From Eledone cirrhosa (Eukaryota), in assembly GCA_964016885.1 (NCBI GenBank), contig OZ024743.1, forward strand, positions 16,492,001 through 16,556,000: 64,000 nucleotides of DNA, in the 5' to 3' direction. The notes beneath the pieces are model-generated. The model did not search any database. It was not told the DNA's origin and was given only the letters and a program-made list of their open reading frames with translations. This document shows, piece after piece, positions 47,699 to 61,088 of this stretch (the first letter of the stretch is position 1; every line of letters begins with the position of its first letter). The position numbers were made by a program, and so were the translations under genes.

Positions 47699-50600
47699 TT
47701 TTCTTTATTAACCACAAGGGTTTACATAAAGTAGACATTAAGGACAGTACAGGACAATACAGGACGGTACAAATGGGCATTTCTGCGTGTAAAAAAAACA
47801 GAGGTTGAAATAAAATAACAAAGAAAAATTCCCCAATAGGGGGGAGACTTCGGAGGGACATTTGTGGAGAAAGCCCATTAAAAGGCCACAGTGATCCTGA
47901 CCACCAGGGCAAGTGCCCTCTTCCAGTTCTCCACCTTTAATTTACAGACACATACTCAGAGTAGGCCCATTCACTCGGGCCATACTTGCTTCTCTCACCC
48001 ATCTTTCAACAAAATGCTGTGAAGAGAGCACTTCCCTCTCTACCCTCATTTTCCTTTTCAAATGAAATTTGAAAAAGTTAATCAGGGCATCACCAAAGAG
48101 GTAAGTGCTCGTCTTCAGCCCTTTCAAACGTGTCCACCATACTATCTCTTTCGCCATGGCCACCAGACAGATAAAACTGGCTGCCCTTCCCGGCTAAAGG
48201 AAGAGGGCGGGGCAATCCTCACGATGAACTCAGCTGATAGCTGGATCCGTCCTACACGTGACAGCAGGTTTCGACATAAACCCACAAGTCAGCAATTCTC
48301 GGACACAGGACGAGTGCGTGCAGGTCGGTTTCGTCGCTCTGCGCGCATCTAGGACATGCCCGGCTGACGGCACCTCCATGCCTGTAGAGTTTATCCCGAA
48401 ATGGCAAGGCTCCTCGGTAGCACTGCTAGGCAAGGGATTTCTGGAAGTGTCCATAGGCCCCGGCCTGAAAGTTCTTTCCGAAGAGATTGGCTAGTTGATT
48501 TTCCTCCACGCCTAGAGTTTCCCCAAGTACATCGTCGCTCTTCCCATCAACTAATCCTCTATAGAACGCCGAGGTGGAGTTTCCACCGATCACATTGCCA
48601 GATTGCTCGAGGGCTGTGAGCGCCTGAAGACATTCCAGTCTCCAAGCGCTCCCTCTCGGTCTTCGCTTGACACAGGACTGCAGCTCAGTCAAGGAAACGA
48701 GGTGGAGAAAGTCGCGTCTAGCAAATGCCGACCACACCTGGTCACCGTCGAGGAAGAGGTGGAGATATCGTAGCCTGAGCTCGTGTCTGCGCATCATCAG
48801 CCACGGCATGCCCAGCCCTCCACGTTAAGGGTGTTGACAACAGATGGACCGCCTGACCATCGGAGTGCCTCCCTTCCACAAAAAGCGAAAGAGCAAACGC
48901 TCCAGGACAGTCAGGCGGGGCTTAGGGCAAGGTACGACGGTCGGGCGGTAGCAGATGACGGACGCGATGTACGCGCTAGCCACCTCCGCCCATTTCTGGG
49001 TGAGAAAAGCTACGCTCTCGTCACCTCGTCCCAGTTCTTGTCCGTGTGGAGGTCCGGACGGAACCAGACCCCTAGCAATTTAACCGGTCCGTCCGTCCAG
49101 CGCCCGATGTCGCTATTGGACGGCATGGACCTGCCTCTCCAGGTGCCGAGCTGCAGGCCCACTGACTTTTCCTGGTTGATCATTGCTCCTGTTACCACTT
49201 CGTATTCTCTTAAATGTATTGCCGATCGCCTCGATGTGTTTGGCGTTCGACACCACTATCGTGACATCGTCCGCATAGTTGACACGGATCTTCCGCATCC
49301 TAGTTCGCGCGGGACGCCCCTCAACGCCTCCAGTTTGTGCAGTAATGGCTCGAGAGTCACTACGTACAAGAGGGACGAGAGGGGACATCCTTGGCGGTCC
49401 GAGCGCATGATATTGAACGGTTCTGAAATGTGACCGTTCACTCTCACCACAGAGCAGATGTCGCTGTGCATAGCAGCGATCCGTGCCTCTGAAAACGGGC
49501 CCAAAGCCAGCCGCCTTCAGGACTGCCGCTAGGTTACGATGGTCGACCGTATCGAAAGCTTTCGACTGATCTAAATTGATCAAGCACCCACCCGTGCCAG
49601 GTTCCCTAGCTACCCTCTCTACGATATATCACATGAGGGGGAGATTATCGCTCATGGATCTGTTGGGAATGGCGCATGTCTGCGCCTCTCCCACCAGACC
49701 ATCCAACGACAAGCGCCAACCTCTTTGCGAGCACCCTGGCCAAAATCTTGAACTCTGTGTTTAGCAGAGTTATGGGCCTGAAATTATCTATGTTATCCCC
49801 CTTGTTGGGATCCTTTCTCAGCAGCGCCACTGATCCTCGGATCACATAGCTGGGAATTATCCCGTTCTATTGCCAGTTGCAGTAGATATCCGCCTAGAGG
49901 CCTCCGAACAAGTCTGGCATCTGTACGTAAAGTTCATAGGGGAGACCATCCAAACCAGGCGATTTACCCCTTGTGCAGCCCGTCATTGTCTCCCGTACTT
50001 AAGCGGCTGTTATCGGCTTTTCGCAACACTCCGCCTCAGTGGCCGAGAGCCGCGGCAGTCCGTCGAAGTAGACACTAAAGTCCATGCCTCGACCAGGCCA
50101 ACCGCTGCCCCCGAACAACTGAACGAGGTGTCGTTGAAAAGCTTCACACATTTGCCCGGGATCGAGCAGCATGCGCCCGTCGTGTTCCACCTAAGACCGA
50201 ATCGTGGCTTGTTGCCACGACGCTCCTCCGCCACTCGGGCCAATTGAACGGCTTTCGTCCCCTCATGTCTGAGAGCACACACCCTAGCTCTGACAACGCA
50301 GCTGTCGTGTTTGCATTGAAGAATTGGTCAAGGGCCAATTTCGCTGCAAGTACGACGGTCGCGATGCCTTTGCTAAGCGCCTCGTCTAATTTTCTAACTA
50401 ATTCTCCCTCTGTTCTATTTTTCTCTATTTCCTAAAGCCTTACTAAATCTAATGGACTCTATTCTAATCGCTCTTTTCAGAGCAAATCACCACTTGTTGT
50501 TGACGATGGCCCCCGTCAACGCCCGCTTAACTAGTTCGCTAATCCGGTCTCTGTAGGCCTTGGGCGCTGGTAAGGACGCGTTTAGCTTCCAGTAGCCGGG

Positions 50601-53585
50601 TCCTCGTCTATGAAGCCTATCTAAGTCAAGTACACAAATCACGAATTTGTGGTCCGTGTAGCTGACTATCTTGAAATTGTGGACAGCCTATGCTAGAACC
50701 TATCTATTTCTCTACAAAATACTCTATCTAGATATGATCTGGATGAGCCTATGCGATTTGTCCAAGTCCACATTGGCACATTCGCTACTTGTCAGACAAT
50801 TTAAAACGCCTGAGCAGGTTGGTGAGGCTCTTGCCCCCTCCTCTCTATCCCCTAATCCCACACAGTCCCAGCGTGCATCTAAGATCCCGTTCCAGTCGCC
50901 CACTAACACTAAAGAGCGGGACGTTCCAAGAAAGGGCTCCAGACGCCGGAAGAAATTAGGCCGCCGTGCTACTGTCGGGGCATAGACGGCCACCAGCCTG
51001 AAAGCTTGCCCGTCTCCGCTGGTCACGTCCAGCACCATCAACTTACCTTCTGTGTCCAGGAAGATGGCCCGTATGGCGAGATCCAAACCTCTACGAAAAA
51101 GCACAGCAACTCCTCCCCCTGATCCAGGACGGCTGGGAGATGCGTACACATCTTAGCCGCCGAAGATCGATGCGAAGGCCCGTGCTTCGGATATTCTGGT
51201 CTCGCTGATGGCCACTTATCTATGTTTAGTGACCTGAGGTGGTTGAGCAGGTAGCCCTGCTTCCATGACGACCCCAAGCCACGCGCATTTATGCTGTCTA
51301 TTCTGAGTGAGGTCAAGTTGAAATGGAGTGGAAAAGATGGGAAAGACCACTTGCCTTACTTTTAGTAGAGGAAGGATGGTTTCAATTCCCTTTTCACTTG
51401 ATCGTCTGGTGAAGGGACCGTTGAATCGTCCCTTCGGCTGATCGTCGTCTCTTCTATGAGTATGTCCGAATATACGCTCTGGTTGAGAGTCCCTCCTAGG
51501 TCTCTGAAATCCCCAACTGCGTTGGGGAATTTCGTTTTAATTTTTGTGTATTGTTTCTGTGCTATTCTTACCAGTCTTATGTTCGTTGGTGTTTTGCTTG
51601 GTGCTGGTATTATGTAGTCGTGCTGTGAAATGTCTGTCTGTTCAATTATGTAAGTCATTAATTTCTTGTTGTGTGTATTTATTGCTGTGCCTTTCTTTTA
51701 GTGGGGTGGGGCGTGATTCTGCTATTTTCTTGTCGTTGTTGCTGAGTGTGTTTGTTTTGTTGTTGTGTTTGCGATGTTGGTGCTTGTGGTGGTGGTGTTG
51801 AAGGTGTTGTTGTTGGCGGTGGGGTTGTCGCCGGTGGTGATGGTGGTGCTAGTGTGGGTGGTGACGGTGTGGGTGGTGTTGCTGCTGTGAGTCTCTTTGC
51901 AGTGGCCTTTACCCTTTTTTTATTTCTTTCCTCCCTTTTCGAAGGCGACGAATCGCTGCTTCTGCGTTTGTGCCTTCATGCGAACTTTTGCCATCCCTCT
52001 CCCACCTCAAACTCCGTGCCTGATTCTGGGAGGTCGGGGAGGGGTACCAACCCCACTCTTTCTCTTGTTGTTGTTGGTGATGTTTGCAGTGGAGTCTCTG
52101 TTGCAGCTGCAGTTGGTATTATTGTTGTTGTTGTTAATTATTCCACTGCTGCTGCTGTTCTTCATTTCCGTGGCGTGGGTATGGGTGCCACGGACCTATC
52201 GTTCCTGGTTGCCGCTTGTACTGTTTCTGGTAGCAGTGGAGCCGGTTTCGTAAGGAGGGGGGTTTTCTCTTTTCTCAGGGTGTTCTCATTGCAGAAGGCC
52301 CTGAGGTGAGTCTTCGATCCACAGCGAAAGCATTTCGGGAGTTTGCCCTCAATATTTATGGGCAGTTGAATGCCGTTATCGAAGTCTCTTCCATCCTGTA
52401 TAGCTTCGATGCACTCCTGGTTAGTTTGGATTAGCATCTCAATGGGCGTGGGTCAGTTTGACCCACACAATTTTTTGCCCGCAGTAGGAGGGCACCAACA
52501 CCATTTCCTCGCTCCTTAGGGTCACTAAGGAGTGAGCCTTTGCCTCCTGGGGTGTGGCAAAAAGCACGTCTACGGTGGCATATTTCTTGCCTCGGGTGAT
52601 ATGCGTTTTCCGATGCCACACATACCCTAAGGCTTTTTGTATTTGAACCTCTGTGGCTCTTTCAACCCTACGGGATTGTGTGCTCACTGTACGGTACATG
52701 ACCGTACAGTGCTGTTGGGTTTCGAAAAAAATTTCGGCTGCCTTGCAGATTGCTCGCTGTCCTGATTTCATCACCATCTTCTTTGCTTCCTGTAATTCCT
52801 CATTTGTTATAAGGATGGTTTCCAGGTTCTTTGCGATACCTGCAAACGAGATTGGTTTTCTTTCTTGTTGTTGTTGTTGTTGTCGTCAGAGCTGCTGTTA
52901 CTTTTTTTGTTGCTGCTGGTACTACGACAACCGCCACCGCTGTTGCTATGGTTGTTGTTGTTGTTGCTGCTGCTGTTGTTGTTGTTGCTTCTGTTGCTGG
53001 TGGAAATATTTATGCTGCTGCTACTATTGTTTTCCTTGTCACTGTTGCTGCTGCTGCTGTTATTACGGCCGCTACTGCTATTATTCATGACGTCAGACGA
53101 ATGAAATGGCTTTCCGTATTTACCGAACACATTATTAATGGTTGTCGTCGTCGTGGAGAAATGTTCCTCGGTTTGCACGTGCTCGAGGAAACTATCAGAA
53201 ACTATATTTTTCTTTTTCTTTACTGGCGTCGTTTCCGAAAGATATGGGAGGGAGAGAGACACATTTAGAGAAGGGAGGGAGAGAGACAATCTTCTCTCTG
53301 ATGTAGTGACGATTGAGGAAGAAGACGGAATGATTGGGAGTGACTTGTGAACATTATTTTTTGTAGCCATGTTTTTATTTGGTTTAAAATGAATATCGGG
53401 CACAAAACCCCAATAACTGATTATTTAACCCCCAAGGGCCAAATAGCGGGCAGAAAGAGCCCTCTCACGAGGAGGAGGGTGTTTTTATCTACAATTTGGT
53501 TAAAGTTTTAAACAATTTACAATTGTTATAGCAGTTAAAAATCACTGTACCTTACAGAGCCGAACCTCCGTCAACCATGGCATTC
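47650..53585 (-). mobile_element. Tx1-clade retrotransposon family A, copy A4 (full length, heavily decayed) with (TTA)n tail
   Basis: 5' GAATGCCATGG at 53585; ORF1 remnants about 53370-51350 with a deletion near 52441; ORF2 remnants 51316-47942; tail 47650-47697. Confidence 0.93.
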
Positions 53586-53768
53586 AATAATAATAATAAT
53601 AATAATTGTTTCTACTTTAGGCACAAGGCCAGCAATTACCCAGTGCATTACTGGTACTTTATTTTATCGACCCCGTAAGGAGGAAAGGCAAAGTTAACCT
53701 CGGCGGGATTTGAACTCAGATCGTAAAGGGACGTAACTATGCTGGAAAGCATGGCGTCCGACCCTCTA

Positions 53769-53775
<7 letters not shown>
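53586..53775 (-). mobile_element. tRNA-derived SINE whose (TTA)n tail (53586-53606) abuts the 5' end of the minus-strand Tx1 array
   Basis: B-box GAGTTCAAATCC on the - strand; homologous to 33505-33696; ends GGCCTTGTGCCTAAAGTAGAAAC(AATT)(ATT)n. Confidence 0.88.
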
Positions 53776-53804
<29 letters not shown>

Positions 53805-53825
53805 TTATCATTTTATCATTATTAT

Positions 53826-53906
<81 letters not shown>

Positions 53907-54027
53907 CATCGAAATTATGTTTTGCCATGTTTAAAAAGTCGCAAAATTCAATAACCGTTTTTGTAAAACAACGGCAATATTCAGCAACATTTCATAATAC
54001 CTGGTGTCAAGATAAAAGTGCACTGTT

Positions 54028-54188
54028 GTGTTAATCTATATAAAATGTTTCCAAAAATTTCAATAAAGTATGCATCCCTTAGACACACATACCCTTTTTA
54101 TATGGCTCTTCCCAAATGATTACGGTAGCTTAAAATAGGAAGGTTATCGTAGAGATTGTTTCTATATTTTCCATGCAAAAGTAGAATA
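54028..54188 (+). repeat. about 160-bp local duplication; paralog of 55033-55039 + 56590-56743 (empty site of the Helitron)
   Basis: TGTGTTA..TCTATATAAAATGTTTCC..TAAAGTATGCATCCCTTAGACACACATACCC occurs in both places. Confidence 0.85.
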
Positions 54189-55039
54189 ACAAAATGCTGC
54201 GTGTCTTTAATGAAGTCCATTGTGTTACATATATTCAGTACAAATCTCTAATCTCAGGATAATTTATGAGATGCAGTGTCTTTCTGTACTATACAAGAAA
54301 CATTCTAAGGGGACACTGAAAATATCATTCTTGCCCTTTCCCCTGTAACTAAGCCATACAAATCAATTATTTATGGGCAATTATTGAAAGTGTGTTACTG
54401 TCATGCTATCATAGTAATAGCATCTGCTTCAAAGTAATGCTACATTCCAATTTTGTGTGGATTTATATAAATGTGTAGAAGGATGTATAATAGAGCGTTA
54501 GTTTTTTTGGTTTTTTTAATAGGCACCGATTTACTTCTTTGTTAACATAACATATATTATTATTTTAATGATCTTCCTGTAGTCGAAGAGTGTACCATCT
54601 GAACCTTTACCTTTTGCTTCCCATCTTTAAATCTGCCGGCTTCATTTTGTTAATGCATAATTTCTGTCTATTGTTTGCACTTTATTTCTCTTAAGGTGGA
54701 TAAACTGAGAAAGAATACATCAATTTTTTACTTGACATTTATTCTATTTTCATAAACGAATAAATCCATTTCCCATTCATTATTTTTATTTCTTTTTTGA
54801 CACGAAGAAGCCCATATGAAATTATTTGAAGTTGATATGGAATTTAATTGCTTGTTAAATATCTAGTAATATTCTGTTGCGGTTTTGATATTGTTTAGTC
54901 ACAGATGTGGCCACAAAATGCTCATCTACTACGATTCAATCCATTGTATATCAAATATTCTATTGGGGAGCATATGGAGGAGAAATAAACCTTTATCGGA
55001 AAAAAATAATTTTGAAACCGAAAACAAATATTTGTGTTA

Positions 55040-55956
55040 TCTATATATATAAAACTGTGGTTGTCTGTCTGTCTATCGATTTTTGGCACACATCTCCTCT
55101 TAGAATCTCTCACGGAATTGCACCGAAATTGCTATACTTGTACATTGAGCCCTAGCGAAGACATCGGAAAAAAATATTTCAAATTGACCCACCCTATGTG
55201 ACGAAATCGAATATAATGTATCGATTTTTGAGCGTAAGTGATCAGTTATTTCCCTTTGTTCTGTTTACATTGAGCGTCTTACGTAAAAAATTACGCTGGC
55301 TTTAACAGTTGTCGAGCCAGCAAAATATTGACCTGCAAAATTCATCAGTTCGAACACTAACCTTCCGTTTTGCTTCATTTCCATTTAAAAGCATTTTAAA
55401 ACAATATTTTTACTTGAAAACAAGCCTATTTAAAGACTACGTAAAACAAGCAAATATTTCGTCGTTAGGCGTGCAGACAGACAGTCGTGCAGACAGATAG
55501 TCGTGCAGAGAGGTGATATACGCGTGCAGACAGAAAGTCGTGCAGAGAGGTGATATAGGCGTGCAGACAGACAGTCGTGCAGAGAGGTGATATACGCGTG
55601 CAGACAGACAGTCGTGCAGAGAGGTGATATAGGCGTGCAGACAGACAGTCGTGCAGAGAGGTGATATAGGCGTGCAGACAGACATAACTGATAATTTGGT
55701 TACGCTAATGTTTTACTCTGCGTTGCAGTGTTTACATTTTCGATCTTTGTTAATAAATAACCAGTGCAGTTTCTATCCCCAGCATCCTCTTTTGTTATAA
55801 CATTCGGGTTATCGTTATGTTTTCTTAACTTCATAAGGCATATTGTTGGTTGAGGGAATATTAATCAAAAACACCACATGCAAGTCTGCACAGTAGACAC
55901 TACAGTTTTTAAGCCAAGAAAGAAACTTAACATTGTAACTTTAACACATGTATATA

Positions 55957-55992
<36 letters not shown>

Positions 55993-56589
55993 ATAAGAAA
56001 ATGTATGAAAAATGCTAAACATGTCATATTGAAAACAAGTCTATTTAAAGACTACGTAAAACAAGCAAATATTTCGTAAAAAAAAGCAAAAATTATATAA
56101 GTTTATTTAAAATATATGTATCTGTAAATTTCGTTAGGCGTGCAGAGAGGTGATATACGCGTGCAGACAGACAGTCGTGCAGAGAGGTGATATACGCGTG
56201 CAGACAGACAGTCGTGCAGAGAGGTGATATACGCGTGCAGACTGACAGTCGTGCAGAGAGGTGATATAGGCGTGCAGACAGACATAACTGATAATTTGGT
56301 TACGCTAATGTTTTTCTCTGCGTTGCAGTGTTTACATTTTCGATCTTTGTTAATAAATAACCAGTGCAGTTTTTATCCCCAGCATCCTCTTTTGTTATAA
56401 CATTCGGGTTATCGTTATGTTTTCTTAACTTCATAAGGCATATTGTTGGTTGAGGGAATATTAATCAAAAACACCACATGCAAGTCTGCACAGTAGACAT
56501 TACAGTTTTTAAGCCAAAAAAGAAACTTAACATTGTAACATTAACACAGCTACTGAGCGACCCCGAGCAACGCCGGGCTTTACTGCTAG
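55040..56589 (+). mobile_element. non-autonomous Helitron with a 37-bp minisatellite and an about 0.6-kb internal tandem duplication
   Basis: A|TC 5' end; subterminal hairpin CCCGAGCAACGCCGGG; CTAG|T 3' end; no TSD; empty-site paralog at 54028. Confidence 0.88.
55468..55684. repeat. 37-bp minisatellite (GCGTGCAGACAGACAGTCGTGCAGAGAGGTGATATAS); second block at 56136-56284
   Basis: Read directly; unit starts at 55522 and 55559. Confidence 0.92.
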
Positions 56590-56787
56590 TTCTATATAAA
56601 ATGTTTCCATACATTTCAATAAAGTATGCATCCCTTAGACACACATACCCTTTTTATATGGCTCTTCCCAAATGATTACGGTAGCTTGAAATAGGAAGGT
56701 TATCGTAGAGTTTGTTTCTATATTTTCCAAGAAAAAATAGAATATGAAACGAAATATGAACATGAACATGTTACACAGCCACACAAA

Positions 56788-57291
<504 letters not shown>

Positions 57292-57322
57292 AGATCAAAA
57301 GATGGTTAAAGGAGTTCCATGT

Positions 57323-57391
57323 ATTTTATTATGCGCATTTCAAAAACAAACATCATCATGCAATAATATTTGTGTTTCCATCAGATAAAAC
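57323..57391 (-). ncRNA. hammerhead ribozyme motif, sense-strand PLE2 copy with core change CTGATGG
   Basis: Reverse complement of 61020-61088 except A9>G in the core. Confidence 0.7.
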
Positions 57392-58364
57392 AGGAGAACA
57401 TGATATGAAGGCTAAAAAACACTTGTGGATAGTGCAGTTTTAAATCAACATATGAAAAGGGGTTTTAGATTGATGTGTGATATTGGGAAATATATTTTAT
57501 TTAGAAAGGGGGGGGTGGAAAGGATGAAAAAGGGGAGGAGATGAGAGGGAGAGATGGGTGATAGAGAGAAAGAAAGAGATAGTTTTTATAACTGAGAGGA
57601 GATATATTGTTTTACATAGAGAGGTTGAAAACCGTTGGAAGATAATGTATAAATTAAAAATTTGAAATTAACGAAGGGAGGATATGTGCGAGGAAAGAAT
57701 ATTTTATTTGTGGAGGGGGGGGGTGAAAAAGGGGGGAGGAGATGAGAGTGAAGGTGGAGAGGGAGAGATGGGTGATAGAGAGAAAGAGATAGTTTTTATA
57801 ACTGAGAAAAAGATATATTGTTTTACATAAATTAAAGGAATTTGAAAATTAACGAAGGGAATTTATGTATGAAGATAGAGAGAAAAAATAATAATTGTGG
57901 ATGAATATTCTAACGTAAAAAAAAGTGTGTGTTGATAAGTATTGTGGCAATTTCAAAATTAACGAAGAGAAAAATTATTAAGGTTTGTGTGTAGAAGGAT
58001 TTGAGAAAAATAATGTGAAGTTAAAGTTTGTATATTGAAGGAATTGATAATATATGCGAATAAAGAGTTAATATGTATTAAGAATGAGTTCGTTGATGGG
58101 GAGAAAAAAAAAATAATAATAAATTAAGGATGAAATTGAGATTAAAAAGATAATGATTGCGGATGAATATTCTAACGTCAAAAAAATAAATGTATATGTT
58201 ATGAAGGATTTTACAAGGTGAAGATAGAATGAGGGTAATGAGTAAACAAGTATTATAGAGTGTATAATGCCCTTTAAAGTAAGGTGGGAAGATGGGTATA
58301 TTTTAAAGAGGTGTATGTATATGTGCCTTTGAGAAAAGATTCTAAATTGATAAAGAATTGAATA

Positions 58365-60010
58365 TTAACTGTATACTTTGTGAAAAGTCCTATGGAATTT
58401 ATGGAGGCAGATAGAAAATAAATCTGTACGTCTATTTATTATAGAATCTAGGTTAGAGATAATGGTACATTTTTCATTTAGGCAGAGATTACAGATTTTA
58501 GATAGAGAGCTGTTCAACTATGAGGATGCAGAAGAAACCTTCTTCCAAAAGATGGTATATTTAATGTTTTTGTCTTTTAAGGACCATATGAGTTCTGAGA
58601 GAGCAGTGTTGGTTCTTTTAAGTTTGTATTTGAAAGATGAATGATGATTATAGAGACGAGCTTTAAAAGAGGTGGAAGTGGAGCCAAAATAGGTGAAGGA
58701 ATTGGTGCTAGTTATAATTTTACATTCATAAATTAAGTTTTTATCGAGACAATGGTTGTTGAGAGGACATTTATTTTTAATGCGGCAGTTGCAATTAGAG
58801 AGATTATTAATGAGTGACCTAGTGTTATCTATAGAAGGAATTGGATTGGAGAAGTTGTTTGCGATAGGAATAATAGGAATAATAGTTTCTTGATTTAGAG
58901 TTGGATTATGAACATTTAACGAAGTTGTGTTTGACGTTGTATTTGTGTTTACAGAAGTTAGCCTAGGGTTTACAATGACGTCGGGAGTACTATTACTGTT
59001 ATTATGAAATTCAATGTTGGAAGGAAGAGATTTAGTATTTAGTATTTTATTGTTGTGTTTAGAGATGATGTTGGAAATATTGGAGGATGTAGAATAAGAA
59101 AATTTGATGGTGTGTTTGTTAAATATTTTACTATAGATATGTGAGGGAGGGAAGCATTTATTTAAGGCACTAAAAAATAATTTAGGAATATTGTTATTAA
59201 TAGAGATGGAGAAAGGAGCATTATACCAGATTATGTTTTTGTATCTAGGTCTTTATTTAAAATTATTGGAATGATCATGATTAATTATTCTACTGTAAGT
59301 TTTTCTAGAATTTGTTTCTTTACTATATTTGATTTTATCTGGATAGCCGGCTTTAGAAAGTGCGTTATTATAGTAATTGGCGTTAGCATCAAAGATGTTT
59401 TTATTAGAGGATATGTTAGATATTCTTTTTCCAATATTACTAACTATAGCATTCTTGATATTGGTAGGATGGTTAGATTTAAAGTTAACATAATTTAGGT
59501 TCTCATTGTTTTTATGGTAAGGGTAATATAGGCCAGTGTCAAGATTAAGAGATACATCCAAGAAATTAGCTAGTTTGATACTATTATCAAATTCAATTTT
59601 TAGGTTATGTTGGTTAAAGAGATTACGTATATTGTTCTTAATAATATTAAGGTTAACTATATTGCAATTTAGGATAGTAAAGAGTCCATCGTCACGATAA
59701 ATTCCACCGCGAAGTTGAGGAATTTTCCGACTCAAAGAGTTCAAAATGAAGATACCAATTAAATCAGTCAATTGGGATGAATCGGATGCTCCCATTGTGA
59801 TATCGAAGTTGTTAGAGGTATCGGCTCTGGTCCAATATTCGTTGTTGAACTCTAGGATGGTTTTACGTGCGGTGAGGATGATATGAAGTTCATCTGTGGT
59901 GATGTCAGAATATTTAAGTGCGAAAGATAGAGCATTATTGAGAAGTGAAGGCGAAATGGAGGAATAGTAGCTGGCAATATCAAATTGAATAAATTTTAGT
60001 TTGTTTTTAT
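58365..60010 (-). pseudogene. PLE2 RT (C-terminal part) + GIY-YIG endonuclease
   Basis: FIQFDIASYYSSI, FDITMGASDS, GGIYRDDG, NFLDVSLNL, YVNFKSNHP; after the break at about 59253, IIWYNAPF and CNCRIKNKCPLNNHCLDKNLIYECKI..TYFGSTSTSFKARLYNH read by eye. Confidence 0.9.
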
Positions 60011-61019
60011 TATGGATAATAAAATCATTATTATGGATAATAGAATCTTTTCTCAAAGTCACATATACATACACCTCTTTAAAATATACCCATCTTCCCA
60101 CCTTACTTTAAAGGGCATTATACACTCTATAATACTTGTTTACTCATTACCCTCATTCTATCTTCACCTTGTAAAATCCTTCATAACATATACATTTATT
60201 TTTTTGACGTTAGAATATTCATCCGCAATCATTATTATTTTTTCTCTCTATCATAAATCTTTTTAATCTCAATTTCATCCTTAATTTATTATTATTTTTT
60301 TTTTCTCCCCATCAACGAACTCATTCTTAATACATATTAACTCTTTATTCGCATATATTATCAATTCCTTCAATATACAAACTTTAACTTCACATTATTT
60401 TTTCTCAAATCCTTCTACACACAAATCTTAATAATTTTTCTCTTCGTTAATTTTGAAATTGCCACAATACTTATCAACACACACTTTTTTTGACGGTTAG
60501 AATATTCATCCACAATTATTATTTTTTCTCTCTATCTTCATACATAAATTCCCTTCGTTAATTTTCAAATTCCTTTAATTTATGTAAAACAATATATCTT
60601 TTTCTCAGTTATAAAAACTATCTCTTTCTCTCTATCACCCATCTCTCCCTCTCCACCTTCACTCTCATCTCCTCCCCCTTTTTTCACCCCCCCCCCCTCC
60701 ACAAATAAAATATTCTTTCCTCGCACATATCCTCCCTTCGTTAATTTCAAATTTTTAATTTATACATTATCTTCCAACGGTTTTCAACCTCTCTATGTAA
60801 AACAATATATCTCCTCTCAGTTATAAAAACTATCTCTTTCTTTCTCTCTATCACCCATCTCTCCCTCTCATCTCCTCCCCTTTTTCATCCTTTCCACCCC
60901 CCCTCTCTAAATAAAATATTTTTCCCAATATCACACATCAATCTAAAACCACTTTTCATATGTTGATTTAAAACTGCACTATCCACAAGTGTTTTTTAGC
61001 CTTCATATCATGTTCTCCT

Positions 61020-61088
61020 GTTTTATCTGATGAAAACACAAATATTATTGCATGATGATGTTTGTTTTTGAAATGCGCATAATAAAAT
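61020..61088 (+). ncRNA. type I hammerhead ribozyme motif in the PLE2 inverted pseudo-LTR
   Basis: Stem I TTTTAT/ATAAAA; core CTGATGA 61027-61033; long stem II; GAAA 61070-61073; palindromic stem III ATGCGCAT; AUA cleavage triplet ending at 61081. Confidence 0.85.

Noticed and set aside
55468-56284. Regular 37-bp repeats resembling a CRISPR array
   Set aside because: No unique spacers, no cas genes, eukaryotic context; it is a minisatellite inside a Helitron.
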